Assembly (NCBI RefSeq): GCF_044704955.1
Contig: NC_091986.1
Coordinates: forward strand, 164,920,001 to 164,984,000
Source: Pristiophorus japonicus
Lineage: Eukaryota
Length of the DNA: 64,000 nt
Reading direction: 5' to 3'
Shown here one piece after another: positions 22,218 through 36,250 of this stretch. Each line of letters starts with the position of its first letter. Position 1 is the stretch's first letter. Both the position numbers and the translations under genes were made by a program. A model generated the notes under the pieces. The model ran no database searches. It had not been told where the DNA came from and saw only the letters and a program-made list of their open reading frames with translations.

Positions 22218-25200
22218 ATCACCACTCTCCTCAAAAAAACAACCCGCTAGCCCTGTATTTGCAAACTACCGCCTCATCGCCAACCTCTCTTTCCTCTCCA
22301 AAGTCCTTGAACGTGTTGTCGCCTCCCAAATCCATGTCCATCTTTCCCGCAATTCCATGTTTGAATCACTCTAATCCGGTTTCTGCGTCTGCCACAGTAC
22401 CGAACCGGCTCTCATCAAAGTCACAAATGACATCCGTTGTGACTGTGACAAAAGCAAACTATTCCTCCTCGTCCTTCTTGACTTGTCTGCAGCCTTTGAC
22501 ATGGTTGACCACTCTATCCTTCTCCAACGCCCCTCCACCGTCATCCAGCTGGGCGGGACTGCACTTGCCTGGTTCCATTCTTATCTATCTAATCGTAGCC
22601 AGAGAATCACCTGCAACGGCTTCTCTTCCTTTCCCCTCTGGTGTCCCCCAAGGATCTATCCTTGGCACCCTCCTATTTCTCATCTACATGTTGCTCCTTG
22701 GCGACGTCATCTGGAAACACAGCATCATGTATGCTGATGACACCCAGCTCTACCTCACTGGGGAAGAGTGACCATAATATGGTGGATTTCTGCATTAGGA
22801 TGGAGAATGAAACAGTAAATTCAGAGACCATGGTCCAGAACTTAAAGAAGGGTAACTTTGAAGGTATGAGGCGTGAATTGGCTAGGATAGATTGGCGAAT
22901 GATACTTAGGGGGTTGACTGTGGATGGGCAATGGCAGACATTTAGAGACCGCATGGATGAATTACAACAATTGTACATTCCTGTCTGGCGTAAAAATAAA
23001 AAAGAGAAGGTGGCTCAACCGTGGCTATCAAGGGAAATCAGGGATAGTATTAAAGCCAAGGAAGTGGCATACAAATTGGCCAGAAATAGCAGCGAACCTG
23101 GGGACTGGGAGAAATTTAGAACTCAGCAGAGGAGGACAAAGGGTTTGATTAGGGCAGGGAAAATGGAGTATGAGAAGAAGCTTGCAGGGAACATTAAGAC
23201 GGATTGCAAAAGTTTCTATAGATATGTAAAGAGAAAAAGGTTAGTAAAGACAAACGTAGGTCCCCTGCAGTCAGAATCAGGGGAAGTCATAACGGGGAAC
23301 AAAGAAATGGCAGACCAATTGAACAAGTACTTTGGTTCGGTATTCACTAAGGATGATACAAACAACCTTCCGGATATAAAAGGGGTCAGAGGGTCTAGTA
23401 AAGAGGGGGAACTGAGGGAAATCTTTATTAGTCGGGAAATTGTGTTGGGGAAATTGATGGGATTGAAGGCCGATAAATCCCCAGGGCCTGATGGACTGCA
23501 TCCCAGAGTACTTAAGGAGGTGGCCTTGGAAATAGCGGATGCATTGACAGTCATTTTCCAACATTCCATTGACTCTGGATCAGTTCCTATGGAGTGGAGG
23601 GTAGCCAATGTAACCCCACTTTTTAAAAAAGGAGGGAGAGAGAAAACAGGGAATTACAGACCGGTCAGTCTGACCTCAGTAGTGGGTAAAATGATGGAAT
23701 CAATTATTAAGGATGTCATAGCAGTGCATCTGGAAAATGGTGACATGATAGGTCCAAGTCAGCATGGATTTGTGAAAGGGAAATCATGCTTGACAAATCT
23801 TCTGGAATTTTTTGAGGATGTTTCCAGTAAAGTGGACAAAGGAGAACCAGTTGATGTGGTATATTTGGACTTTCAGAAGGCTTTCGACAAGGTCCCACAC
23901 AAGAGATTAATGTGCAAAGTTAAAGCACATGGGATTGGGGGTAGTGTGCTGACGTGGATTGAGAACTGGTTGTCAGACAGGAAGCAAAGAGTAGGAGTAA
24001 ACGGGTACTTTTCAGAATGGCAGGCAGTGACTAGTGGGGTGCCGCAAGGTTCTGTGTTGGGGCCCCAGCTGTTTACATTGTACATTAATGATTTAGACAA
24101 GGGGATTAAATGCAGTATCTCCAAATTTGCGGATGACACTAAGTTGGGTGGCAGTGTGAGCTGCGAGGAGGATGCTGTGAGGCTGCAGAGCGACTTGGAT
24201 AGGTTAGGTGAGTGGGCAAATGCATGGCAGATGAAGTATAATGTGGATAAATGTGAGGTTATCCACTTTGGTGGTAAAAACAGAGAGACAGACTATTATC
24301 TGAATGGTGACAGATTAGGAAAAGGGAAGGTGCAACGAGACCTGGGTGTCATGGTACATCAGTCATTGAAGGTTAGCATGCAGGTACAGCAGGCGGTTAA
24401 GAAAGCAAATGGCATGTTGGCCTTCATAGCGAGGGGATTTGAATACAGGGGCAGGGAGGTGTTGCTACAGTTGTACAGGGCCTTGGTGAGGCCACACCTG
24501 GAGTATTGTGTACAGTTTTGGTCCCCTAACTTGAGGAAGGACATTCTTGCTATTGAGGGAGTGCAGCGAAGATTCACCAGACTGATTCCCGGGATGGCGG
24601 GATTGACCTATCAAGAAAGACTGGATCAACTGGGCTTGTATTCACTGGAGTTCAGAAGAATGAGAGGGGACCTCATAGAAACGTTTAAAATTCTGACGGG
24701 TTTAGACAGGTTAGATGCAGGAAGAATGTTCCCAATGTTGGGGAAGTCCAGAACCAGGGGTCACAGTCTGAGGATAAGGGGTAAGCCATTTCGGACCGAG
24801 ATAAGGAGAAACTTCTTCACCCAGAGAGTGATGAACCTGTGGAATTCTCTACCACAGAAAGTAGTTGAGGCCAATTCACTAAATATATTCAAAAGGGAGT
24901 TAGATGAAGTCCTTACTACTCGGGGGATCAAGGGGTATGGCGAGAAAGCAGGAAGTGGGTACTGAAGATTCATGTTCAGCCATGAACTCATTGAATGGCG
25001 GTGCAGGCTAGAAGGGCTGAATGGCCTGCTCCTGCACCTATTTTCTATGTTTCTATGTTTCTACCACTTCTCTCGACCCCTCCATGGTCTCTAAATTGTT
25101 CGACATCCAGTTCTGGATGAGCAGAAATTTTCTCCAATTGAATGTTGGGAAGACCAAAGCCATTGTTTTCGGTCCCGTCATAAACTCCGTTCCCTAGCCA

Positions 25201-25952
25201 CTGACTCCATCCTTCTCCCCAACTTCTGCCTGAGGCTGAACCAGACTGTTCACAACCTTGGTGTCATATTTGACCCTGAAATCAGCTTTCAACCACATAT
25301 CCACAGTATAATTAAGACCGCCTATTTCCACCTCCGTAACATCGCCGGTCTCCACCCTTGCCTCAGCTCATCCACTGCTGAAGCCCTCATCCATGCCTCG
25401 ACGACTATTCCAATGCACTCTTGGCTGGTCTCCCACATTCTACCCTACGGAAACTAGATGGGATCCAAAACTCGGCTGCCTGTGTCCTAACTTGCAGCAA
25501 GTCCCGCTCATCCATCATTCCTGTGCTCGCTGACCTACATTGGCAACATCACGATTTCAAAATTCTCATCCTTATTTTCAAATCCCTCCATGGCCTCGTC
25601 CCTCCCTATCTCTGTAATCTCCTCCAACCCCATAACCCCCCCCAGATGTCTGCACTCCTCTAACTCTGACCCCTTGTGCATCCCTAATTATAATCGCTCA
25701 ACCATTGGTGACCGTGCCTTCTGTTGCCTCGGCCCCAAGCTCTGGAACTCCTTGCCTAAACCTCTCCACCTCTCTTTCTGCCTTCAAGACACTCCTTAAA
25801 ACATACCTCTTTGACCAAGTCTTTGGTCACCTGCGCTAATTTCTACTTAAGAGGCTCAGTGTCAAATGTTTAGCTCATAATACTCCTGTGAAGTGCCTTG
25901 GGACATTTCACTACGTTAAAGGCGTTATATAAATACAAGTTGTTGTTGTTGT
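22218..25952 (+). mobile_element. L2-like LINE with intact 3' end, interrupted by a CR1
   Basis: [37 protein letters not shown] and YADDTQLY motifs; 3' end ...TATATAAATACAA(GTT)n at 25925-25952. Confidence 0.9.
22759..25063 (+). mobile_element. Young CR1 LINE, 5'-truncated, with an uninterrupted RT-containing ORF2 frame
   Basis: ORF 22641-24965 is open from GKSDH to the native stop (the N-terminal ~39 aa are flanking L2 sequence); tail TTTCTATGTTTCTATGTTTCTA. Confidence 0.96.
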
Positions 25953-26270
25953 ACACCCCATGTCGTGGGTAGTGCCTCCAGCGAGCTGCATGCACCCCTC
26001 TGCTGCTGCTGCCCTCCCTGCTGCCCAGCTACAGATCTCTCAAGAGCAGGCTGCTGCTGCTGGTGTTGGTCATATTGGTCCTCATCTGAGGTCCAATCTG
26101 AGGCAGCCAAGGTGCCCCCAGCCTGATGCAAACCTCGCAGCAAAAGTACTGCAAACAAATCCTTTCCAAGTAGCAGTTAAGAATACAGCTGTGGGTATTC
26201 TGTATTTATTGCAGTATTTCCATGCGTTTGAGTCATTTAAAGGGAGCGCGCGCCGAAAATAAAAGTTGGA
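25953..26270 (-). mobile_element. 5' continuation of the Harbinger transposase gene split by the L2
   Basis: Minus strand RRHYPRHGVY joins to [11 protein letters not shown] at 22217; Gln-rich N-terminus upstream. Confidence 0.72.
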
Positions 26271-26828
26271 GGGAACATTGGTCATCACCCTCTGGAACAA
26301 ACTATGGATTCTATCTACAGTGCTTTAGAAAGGAACTTATGAAGTTTCTAAGTAAGAAGATATTTCCAGTTATAAAGGGTAAGCTGCCAGTTAGGGGGAT
26401 TATGAGCAGTTATAGAAATTGTGGTATTCGGGAAATTAATTTGATTACTTAGCAAGTTAGCAAGGAATTTTCCAGAGTTCATGGTAGCGGACTGAGCTTG
26501 ACTTTTCCCAGGATTTTGCATGGTTGAGATTATGTTAATGGTGTACACGGTTTGACCATGTCTGGATGGGGTGTGCTTCATGATCTTTCACAATCTTTTT
26601 CATTCATTTTTTCAAGTGAAGACTATGGGTAAAATCTAATTCCAATTATTCTGAATTAAGAATCTATAACACAGGCAGACGTCAGTAAAACATGCATTAT
26701 GAAGAAACTCAAATAAAATATCCATGGCAACTGAGCTAAATGGGATACAGTTCAGAATCCTCAGGGAAATGAGAGGAAATAAATGAAGCTGTAGTTAAAC
26801 AGGAGAAGTGGAGAATACTGCATTATGA

Positions 26829-27543
26829 GGGATAAATTGGCCTGGTTTGCGTCTCTCATTCGTGCCTGCAGGGGCAGGAACGGGGTGCTAAGGAATTACC
26901 GACCAGGCGCGCCGAATTCATGGTGTCCGCAAACTTCCCTGGTGGTTTCGCGCTGGCACGAATACTGACTACCTCGCTCTCTTGCGCCCGTAGATCGTGA
27001 TGTCATCCAGCGTGTTACCGCCCCGAATGCAATATTCACTCCGGCCCCCGGCAGCATTGCCGGGTGTCAACAACAGCAGCTGCAAAAGGCGTGTCACCTT
27101 GGCTGGCCACTTGGAGAGCGATACTTAAAGGCAATGGTGGTCAAGTAGGGCAAACTTTATTACTCTCCCCAGTCTGGTGCCTTCTGATTGATTTTGACTC
27201 CGCGATTCCTCAGCCTTCCACTCTCTTAGAATGTTTGGGGCTGTTATGCACGTAGCACAGGTGCCGTGGCTCAAGACAGACATAATGAAGATATATTTAA
27301 CCAATCGTTGGCTCTTCCCTTTAAGCAAGTGAAGGAACCTCCAAAGACGGCAGCGCTGCACTGAACATTGCTGAGCGCTCTGCCAATACCACCCCTCTCA
27401 CACACTTTAGCGCTCTAAGGGAAGTGGTAGTGCTTGATTTAGCGCTCAACTTCCCTCTTGAAGTTCCTGGGAGCAGGAAATCATTTTTGCTTGGCGAATC
27501 TTTTGCAAACCTTCAAAAGGTGGAACACTATGCAATTTCTCGC
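26829..27543. mobile_element. Probable Harbinger-like MITE
   Basis: GC-rich island in AT-rich DNA with weak inverted ends (GGGATAAATTG / CAATTTCTCGC). Confidence 0.45.
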
Positions 27544-29189
27544 TCTATATCCTGATCACCATACGCGAGTTGTAAACATGGGAATTGAAGCCCAGTTAAT
27601 TTAATATCCTTCATGTAAAAAAAACTCAAAATTATTCTAAAAGCATTAAATGAGCTGCCATCAATGCTTATTCGAGGCTATAAGAAGTAGTTACCCTGTA
27701 TTTAGAAATCATATTAATTGACTGGAATTCTTTGAGGAGGTAACTGAACTATTTTGTCAGTCTAAATCCATAACAGGAATGGTGACTATCCTGTTTGCAT
27801 TCTAATATTTGAATGCAATGTTTTTGTAACAGATGAAATATGTTACTCACACATTTTAATTTAAATCTATGATCTATACGACTGCATTTACTGCTATACA
27901 AATCAATTTCATCTTTACTAAAATAAAGCAGCCTAACAATTACATGTATAGGAATGAAAAGTAGATGATTAATTTCATTTTTAAATGATGCAACTTTAAA
28001 AGTAGTAAGTTATGGTTTAATACTCCAATTAAATCTGCCCTCCTCAAAGATGAATTCCAAAATGAAGGTTAAACCCTATTAAATATGGAAATATAATCAT
28101 TTGTACACTGCAATTCTGGTGTATAACACACATCCACTTTCTCAGTTGGTGTATGGAGTGCTTCATCCTATGGTGCTGTCCGACAGCACTGATTTAAAAT
28201 TCACCATCAGTTGCTTGTGTCACATGCAGACTGCTGAATGAAATTCCATGTGGAAGGAAATCTTGCATGTCAGCTCCTTTGAGCATCATACATTCTGAAG
28301 ACAGTTATGTTTATTATTTAAAGTAATGTAAGTGTTCCTTCTAAATTTATTTTCCTGTTGAAACCTGAGGTTTTCTGATTACAAACATTTCTCTTTTCTT
28401 TTGACTTGAAAAAGCAGCTGAATTTATCCAAGTTTTTTGAATTCAGACATAATAAAACCTGAAAATTAGATGCCTTGGTTATATAGTCTTAAAAAGAGTG
28501 GCGTCAAAAAGAAAACATCTGCAAAAATGACAATGTATTATGAGATTTTAAGCTAACTTTGTTAACAAGCCCATCCAGATAGAAATCTAAAAGCTCATTG
28601 AAGTGAGCCTCAAGACTCTATTTGCAACAGTAAATTCAGTGATTTTATAGTCAGTTGAACAGCAATAGCTGATTTGTCTAAAGCATTCTTTCACAAAGAA
28701 ACCCTGAACTTCATTTTGTTGAATGGTTTAATCCTTGGCATTTAAGTTGAAGGGTAAAGGCTATTGGAGATGTGCCCTCATTAGGTCCAGAGAGTTAATT
28801 TTCACCTGCTGCTCCTCCATAGGCGCTGACCTTTTAGCTTATTCCAGTTCTGGCCTAATTGAAGATGATTTGCTTGAGCATTGTGAGAAATAGAGAGGCC
28901 TACAGAATGACCCTCTGCCGACTGCAGCCAGAGGAAGTAAAATAATAGAGAGGTTAACGGTCAGTTTGGTTCAGATACTGTTGGTGTCAGAGATACCTGG
29001 TTTTACAAAGAAATAGCTGGTTTTACAGACCCATATTATTTCATTTTTTAATTGAATTAATATGCCACCAAGGGAGGTTTACCAAATTGAAGTGATTGTG
29101 GACGTTTTGGCCAATATGAAAAATGCTTTAAATAATCTGTGTTTGAAAAAGCAATGTGGCTGGTATATCCTTAAAGAGGCAGCGGTAAC

Positions 29190-29932
29190 CAAGTCAGGGA
29201 TGGGACTTCCTGCACCCGGCAGCGAAATTCGGGTTACCGCCCCTCACAGGAAGCGGAACGCAATGTCGTGCACTTCACTTCCTGTTGGGGCGATGTCGGG
29301 GCGCTATACGGGTAGGATCGGCAGTACTACGTGGCATCTCCGCATAGCGCTAATGTGTTTCAATGCCCCTCCCCTTCCATTAATGGGGAAGGACCCTGCG
29401 AACTCTGCAGGCCCTTTGATGGCTTCCACTGGGCCACCAGGGCTGCAAGGTGCCGTGGCTGCAGCCCAGCACCCAAATGTAGTGTCGGGCTGCACGATGT
29501 CGGCCCGAACCACACGATGGGCAAATAGAACAGGCCGACCGGTAAGACGTCCAAAGAAAAGAAAACAGTGGCGCAACGCACCCCCACTTTAATTTTCACC
29601 CCAGGAGCAGAGGTCGGCCCAGTTCGTGACCCGTGAGGCTGGCAAGGGCATCGCCTGTTGTAGTCTCACTGGGCACTAGGCAATTTCAGCTGTGGGGCAG
29701 AAAGGGATCGGATCACATGGTGATGATGTCACCCCCGGAGGGGCGGCGGCCTGGGGCGGTACTAACGGGGTGCGGCGCTACCATGCTCGCGCCTCCGCTA
29801 ACTCCCATGCAATTTCGCTGGAGCTGGTAGCGCTCCCCCTCCCCCCCAACCCAGGACGAAAACAGTTTTGTGCTCCATTAGCGCCACCCCCGAGGCATTA
29901 ACGGGAGGCGCAGAACAGAGCAATTTCAGCCA
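29190..29932. mobile_element. Probable Harbinger-like non-autonomous element
   Basis: CpG-rich island ending in GCAATTTCAGCC, similar to other Harbinger-type ends in the window; left end unclear. Confidence 0.45.
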
Positions 29933-32739
29933 CAAACTTTATTGTCAGAATGACGCTATGAAAGCAGTTCAATGATTTGTTTCAATATGATTTATGTTGT
30001 ATTGTGTGCATGTGTTGTTCATCACTTTCCTATGAGCTCAAAATAAAAGATACATTATTAGTGTAATTAAAAAAAGTTCTATTTGTGATTGAAATTTTTA
30101 TTAAAAAAATATACCAACTGGATCAGTTTCCCAGTGCTTGTCTGGTATATTATAGCACATGCTACACTTAGAAACAGCAAGTCTAAGGCCTGTATGCTCA
30201 ATATGTGCACCCAGTTTGTGGAAGAGATGCAAGAGGGTGAATGGCCTATGCTTGTTCCTATGTTCCTTCCAAGATTAGCCCTAATATGTTTGGCATAGTT
30301 TGGCAGGGTGCACAGAAAAATTACTTGTTGCTTCTGGGTTCAGTACAGTCCAAAATATATATAGACCAGTGGACCTGTCAGAGTCAACCTTCTCTAGAGA
30401 GAACAAAGATGTCACTGGGGACCCGACTCTTGATCATTTAAGATACTGCACTCAGAATAGTATCACAAGAACTGCTGGTGTTTATGCCAGGACTCAAGTG
30501 GTGTTTCGCTTATCCCCTTGGAGTATCTAGCACACTGCTCTTGTGTATAGGACTCCTTTCCAGATACTCAAGCTCTGTTCTGAGTAGAATTTTAAAAGCA
30601 GAGTTAGCCTTCACTTGCTGAGCTAGGTTTGGTGGAACAAACTATGGGAAACCTTTGATTTGCACATAGTTGCAAGTTCAATTTCTCCAGGTCCACTTGT
30701 TCTCCCAAGAACCACCAGGATCAAATTCATTTTCAATCATACCCTGTTGATATGCAAGTTAATATATTATACAACTTCAGCTGAAAAATTACTTGCCGTA
30801 CGGATCTTGTTCAACTAATCACATCTTCATACATTAGCAATCATTGGTTTGGAGTTTCACTGATCTGACTATAATGCCTCAGTTTTCTAATTGCTGTGTG
30901 TACTTTGGGATATCGCCAAAAGGGTTATAACCTTTCTACTGAAACCACCTACCTGAGCCTCTGAACTAATTCTGCACAGTTGTTCAACTTGATTATGAGC
31001 CACGGGGACATGACCAGTCACTGTTTAACTTACAGTTAACATCCAGCAAAGTTGAGCGGAAGCTGAAGAAAAATGACAGGGATTTCAACCAATGGGTCTG
31101 TTCGTTTGTACATTGGCCCCTAGCTCTTGAAGTTGGAAATAAATGCTTTATGATATGGTAGATACAAAGACAGTCTTCATGAAACATTAACAACAAAACT
31201 AAAGAGCAAACATTGAGCTAAATTGAGGGAGATAGTGAGAAAGAGGGAAAACGAGAGATGGAAAGGGGCTCATTTTTTGGAAGGCTAGGACAATGCATAA
31301 ATAATATGCATATTGTTATTACAGTAATAAAAATCAGTTCTAATATTCCAATAGAATAATTATATTATGCAAAACCATAAAAATACTGAAATTAAATCTG
31401 AAAGATGGTTTACAGAAGTAGTAATTCTAATGGTTGAGAGGCCTCTTTGTTTGGCTGTTATGCCACTCCCAAAGTAGGATCTACTGTTACTTTTCCTGGA
31501 TATTTAAATGTGATTCATTTTCTCCTGAAGGATCTGACAGTTATGATGCCTCAAATAGTACAATAGGCCAAAAAACAGTATTTGTTTTCCTTACTTAGCG
31601 ACATATTAAAGGACAGCCTTTAATGTGTATACATTTATTTTCAATAGTTCATCCAATTTTCTGAGCACATTCATCCAAAGAGCCATAAAGATGATATCAT
31701 TCCCTGCTCTCCCATCAACAGAAGTTGCATACATTTTGATCAAAAAGACTTTGGCAGAAGGGAACTGCACTATGGCAAACATTTTATAATTAGTGTATTC
31801 TGCCTGTTGTTAGAAGCTGCAAATGATGTGACATGCTGGCCTTCAAATCCTAGAGAGAGACCATTTAGGTCGTGTTTTCATGCTGATAGAGAATTATTAT
31901 ATAGACACTAGTGTCTCTGAACAAGCAATTTTCCTATTACTATAGTACAGCTATAGCCTTGCTGGCAAAATGCCATGGTTGATTTTGATTGCTGCTGCAA
32001 TTCTGATATAACATCTGGCCACTAGATGAGGTTGTAAGTGCATCAATGTTCATGCTGATGATATAATCATTTTGGCTTAAATTCTCAACACTCATTTACA
32101 GAAGAGAGGAAATCTAAATGTTGATGGGCATAAAATATTTGTAAAATTAGTTTGCATGTCAGGAAAATATTAACAACAGGGAATGTCGCCTGTCCCTCCT
32201 GTTCAGGATGTTTACTTTTCTTGGATTTTATATCAAAATCTACTATAGTAAATAGAAAATTGCAGTGATCTATTATTGCTCAGCAAAATTGCCTCTTGTT
32301 ATCAGTATGTTATAAAATATCCCTTTGTCTCATGCTCATAAACTGGTTAAACATTTGTTTTAAGTGACAACACATTGAAACATCAGGCAGAACAACCTCA
32401 TTTAAAGTTTTAAAATAATAAACAATGACAAACAGTATCCAATGACTGCATTACAACATTAGTGAAACAGTACTTTGCATTGTTATGGCTTCATCCATAT
32501 TTCTTATACACATATTTAAAATCTACAAACCATTTCCCATTTGTTTTCTTTGTTTTAGCTTATTATATGACACACGGGAACCTGATTTTATTTTGCATTT
32601 TTCCCACATTACACAAGCTGAATCTTTCTGAAAGATCTGGACTTAGTTCAGGTGCAAATTCCCTGGCTGGAGTTTTTCTTGGAATCTTTTTTTTGATTTG
32701 CAATCAACTGAATACCACCCCCACTGAATACTTTACTAC

Positions 32740-33155
32740 CAGGGAATGAGAATGTTCGCATCGAGTGTGTTGACAATGAGAGATAAGCAAGGAGTAAGAG
32801 TGCTGCCAATGAGAGGTGCTGTTCAGAGTGGGAATGTTGGCAATGAGTGGTGCAAATCAAAAATAAACATGCTGAATGAGAGAAAGAGCCCACAAGTGAA
32901 AGTGTTGGAAATGAGAAGTACAGGCCAGGAGTGGAGTGCTGACAAAACAAGGTAGAGACTTGGAGTGACAGAACTGACAACGAGACATTCAGGCAGAGAG
33001 TGTTAGCAATAAAAGGTATTTGAATGAGAGTACAACCTATGAGAGATGCAGGCCAATAGTGAGGTTAGGAATGAGAGGTAAAGGCCAGGAATGTGTGTCG
33101 ACAGTGAGAGTACAGGTTAGACTTGAAAATATTAGCAATGAGAGAAAAAGTCAGG
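32740..33155 (+). repeat. Decayed ~30-bp tandem repeat (consensus about GAGTGTTGGCAATGAGAGGTACAGGCCAGG)
   Basis: Recurrent AATGAGAG, CAGGCCAGG and GAGTGTTG motifs across ~400 bp. Confidence 0.6.
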
Positions 33156-33464
33156 GTTGTGAGTGCTGTAAAAGCGTACAACAAAAATGAAGAAAGTTTT
33201 AACGTTATCCACCCGTCAATAGAAAGTAAAATCGGGCAGGGTGTAAAAAAGAACAGCCGATCCTATCCCATTAGTTTCCTGCTAGGGTTGGTTAAAATTA
33301 GCCCTTATGTATTTTTTATTTCATTTTCAGTTTGTTAGTGGTTCATTTATTTCAGTCACAATGCAAAAGGAGCTTAACTACCAGTTGCATTTAAAATCAT
33401 GTCACTTGATAACCATTTTTCAAACCTCAGATGTTGTTGAAGCTGGAAGGAGGAGCCAAGCCAC

Positions 33465-34145
33465 AGTCAAAGAGTTTTAACTGCCTGCGCCCCCGCCCAC
33501 ACCAGCCCAGCGGGAATGGACCATTTGAATGGTTAAAAATGTGAACAACCTCCTTCCCCGCTCCAGCCCGCTGCCTTCCGAGTCATTTTAATTTTTACTG
33601 CTCCAAATCAGGCCATCGGCAAGGCTCCCGCAAAAGGTAGATGAGGGCCGAGTTAACATTCAAACATCCTGGCCCGATGACCTCATTGGCGCCATGTTGT
33701 ACAATTAACAATGGCACGGGATGTCCCAAACTGCTGGCTACCCAATAGCAGATCCAAGAGAGGAGCAGCCAAGCTGATAGGTAAGATCTGCTCCTATTAC
33801 AACTCCTTGTGGGCCAGGAGGAGCACGAGTGCTCTCCCCAGCCCCGGCCTCCCCTCCGATCTCGCTGGAATCCCTGATACCCCGCTAAGTCCTCTTTCCA
33901 CTAACTGCCGGGGACCGGCCCCATGGGTCCCCAACTACGGCCTCCTGCCACTGGATTTCTACTCCCGGTCACCGGCCAAGCAGTAAATCTAGCTGGGTGT
34001 CGGGCGGGAGTCAGCAAAGTGTTAAGTAAATAAGGCCCTGTTTTTAAAATCGGCAGAGCCTCCTCATTCACTGCCTTGCTGGATTCGTCACCCGATACCA
34101 GGCTCCGACAAACCTTTCCCTCCCTTCCATTATATTCAAGGCTAT
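33465..34145. mobile_element. GC-rich degenerate non-autonomous DNA element
   Basis: GC/CpG-rich island; termini not clearly resolved. Confidence 0.35.
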
Positions 34146-34427
34146 ACTGTTTGATTTGTTCAACGTGTATATGATTGACAGAGATTTTTGAGTTTAGCTG
34201 ACAGTTATTCAAGTCCATAACGGCTGAGGGACGATTCATGAGTGATTTATTCAAATCATCAAATCGGTTTAGAATTTTGAGAGGTCAGGCCTGTTAGTTA
34301 CTGTGCTCAAGACTATTAGAAGAAAATAATAACCGTAGAATAATAAAATAACAGCGTTGCAATATCTACACTAACATTATCTTCCTTACAGAGAAATAGC
34401 ATAATATATCTACCATAAATATATATG

Positions 34428-34960
34428 TCATCATCATCATAGGTGGTCCCTCGAATGAGGATGACTTGCTTCCACACTAAAAGGAATGAGTTTGCAGCTA
34501 TTTCAATGAAGGACCCAATATTCCAGTCCTGAACTCGAGGGGTGTAAGATGCCTGTGCATGGATGTTTTTAACATGTGACTGTTGCACATCAGCCACCAC
34601 GGGCTTGACAGAGCTAGGCCTTTATCCAGTGGCAAGGGTTAACCAGGACAACTGGAGACCTGTTCTGCTGCACGGAGCTAGTGCGCGCGCACATCGCAGT
34701 ACCCCATTTGCCACACTTGCGCCACGATCTCTCGCCGCTTCTCCACACCAAACATTTGCTGCGCCTCCGCCGCGATCCCTCGCCGCTTCTCCGCCCCGAT
34801 CATCCACCACATTTCTGCCTCAATCTCTCGCAGCTTCTCCGCCTCAATCATTCATCACACCTCCGCCATGATCTCTCATCGCTCATCTGCCCCGACCTTC
34901 CCGCTCCTTTGCTGTATCTGGGCCCTGCCAATGTTCCTGCTTTTATACCAGTTCTGTAAC
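34428..34960 (-). mobile_element. RTE-like retroposon 3' end with (TGA)n tail and internal short tandem repeats
   Basis: Plus strand TCATCATCATCATAGGTGGTCCCTCG equals a minus-strand ...CTATGATGATGATGA tail; CTCGCCGCTTCTCC repeats at 34720-34880. Confidence 0.6.
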
Positions 34961-35499
34961 TACCTGAATAAACCTGTTTAATTAGTTTAATATGTTATGA
35001 AAAGTGTCTGGTGTAACTGTCATCATCAGTCTTGAGAAATTATGTTATAGTGGAATTCCAATTATCCAGTAGCAATAAAATTGTTCCTCTTGGGCATGCA
35101 GTCCTAGATTACTTTGCACATAATGTCATCTTTGGATTTGCAGGGAATGAGGGCTTGCCGATGGAAATGAACTTTTGCCCTGGACATGAGAAAATGTATC
35201 TGGGGTTAATTTGAATTGCAACTCTAACAGTACAAGTATCCGTGTTTGTGAGAAGAAACTTGATGCTCAGAACAGTTCCATTTTGAATGTCATATATGTA
35301 TTATATTACTGTTATTCATTCACTTTTTCACCTATTATTCAATAAAGTTGTTTGAAACTTGGAAAATTTGCTCTGCTGCTTTTTGAAAATGTGGAAAAGA
35401 TCCTGTGAAGACACATCAACCTTTTTTAATGCTCCCAAGATATTTTGGCCTAAACAAGATGGTCATCAATGCAAAGAAGGGAAATGAGGATAGATGACC

Positions 35500-36250
35500 T
35501 TTAAATCTGTAAGATTTAAGGTGGATCTTTTAGAGGACAGGACGATGGAGAAGCAGAGGGCTTTATGGAGGGAGTTCAAAAGAGTGAGATTTAGATGGGT
35601 AAAACCACAGCCATCAAATGATGGGGAAAGGGGAATGCACAAAAGACCAGGGTCAGATTAATGGAGAGTTCAGGGGGTGCGGTGGGGCGCTGGTGGCTGG
35701 GCTGGAGGAGGTTAGGGATGGGCAGGCTATGTAACAAAGAAAGGATCATGTGTAAACATGACTTGACGTGAGGTAGCATACAGGCAGAATTTTGGATGAG
35801 CTGGAGATTATGGAAGGTAGAAGATGGGAGGCCAGCCAGGAGAGATTTGGAGTAATCAAGTCTAGAGGTGACAAAGATATGAATGAGGGTTTCAGTAGCA
35901 GATACATTAGGGTAGGAATGGAGGCAGGTAAAGTTACAGAAGATGAGGAAGAGAGGGGCCCAAGAATAGATCCCTGGGGAACTCCAGAGGTGGTGATGCA
36001 AGGTAGAAGAGAAGCCATTCCAAGAGATCCTCTGGCTATGTTTGAATAGGTAAAATTAGAACCAAGTGAGGGCAGTCCCACGGAGCTGGACAAAGGAGGA
36101 GAGGCGTTTGAGGATGACAATATGATCAATTGTGTTGAAGGCTGTAGATAGGTCGAAAAGGACAAGGAGGGATAATACACCATGGTCACAGTCACAGAGA
36201 AGATCATTTGTGTGTCATTACATATGGTGGAAGGGATGAACACTTCATTG
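35500..36250 (-). mobile_element. L2-like LINE fragment
   Basis: [14 protein letters not shown] and [23 protein letters not shown] on the minus strand. Confidence 0.85.

Noticed and set aside
29062-29901. GC-rich ORFs or CpG-island promoter
   Set aside because: Better explained as a GC-rich non-autonomous transposon; the translations are uninformative.
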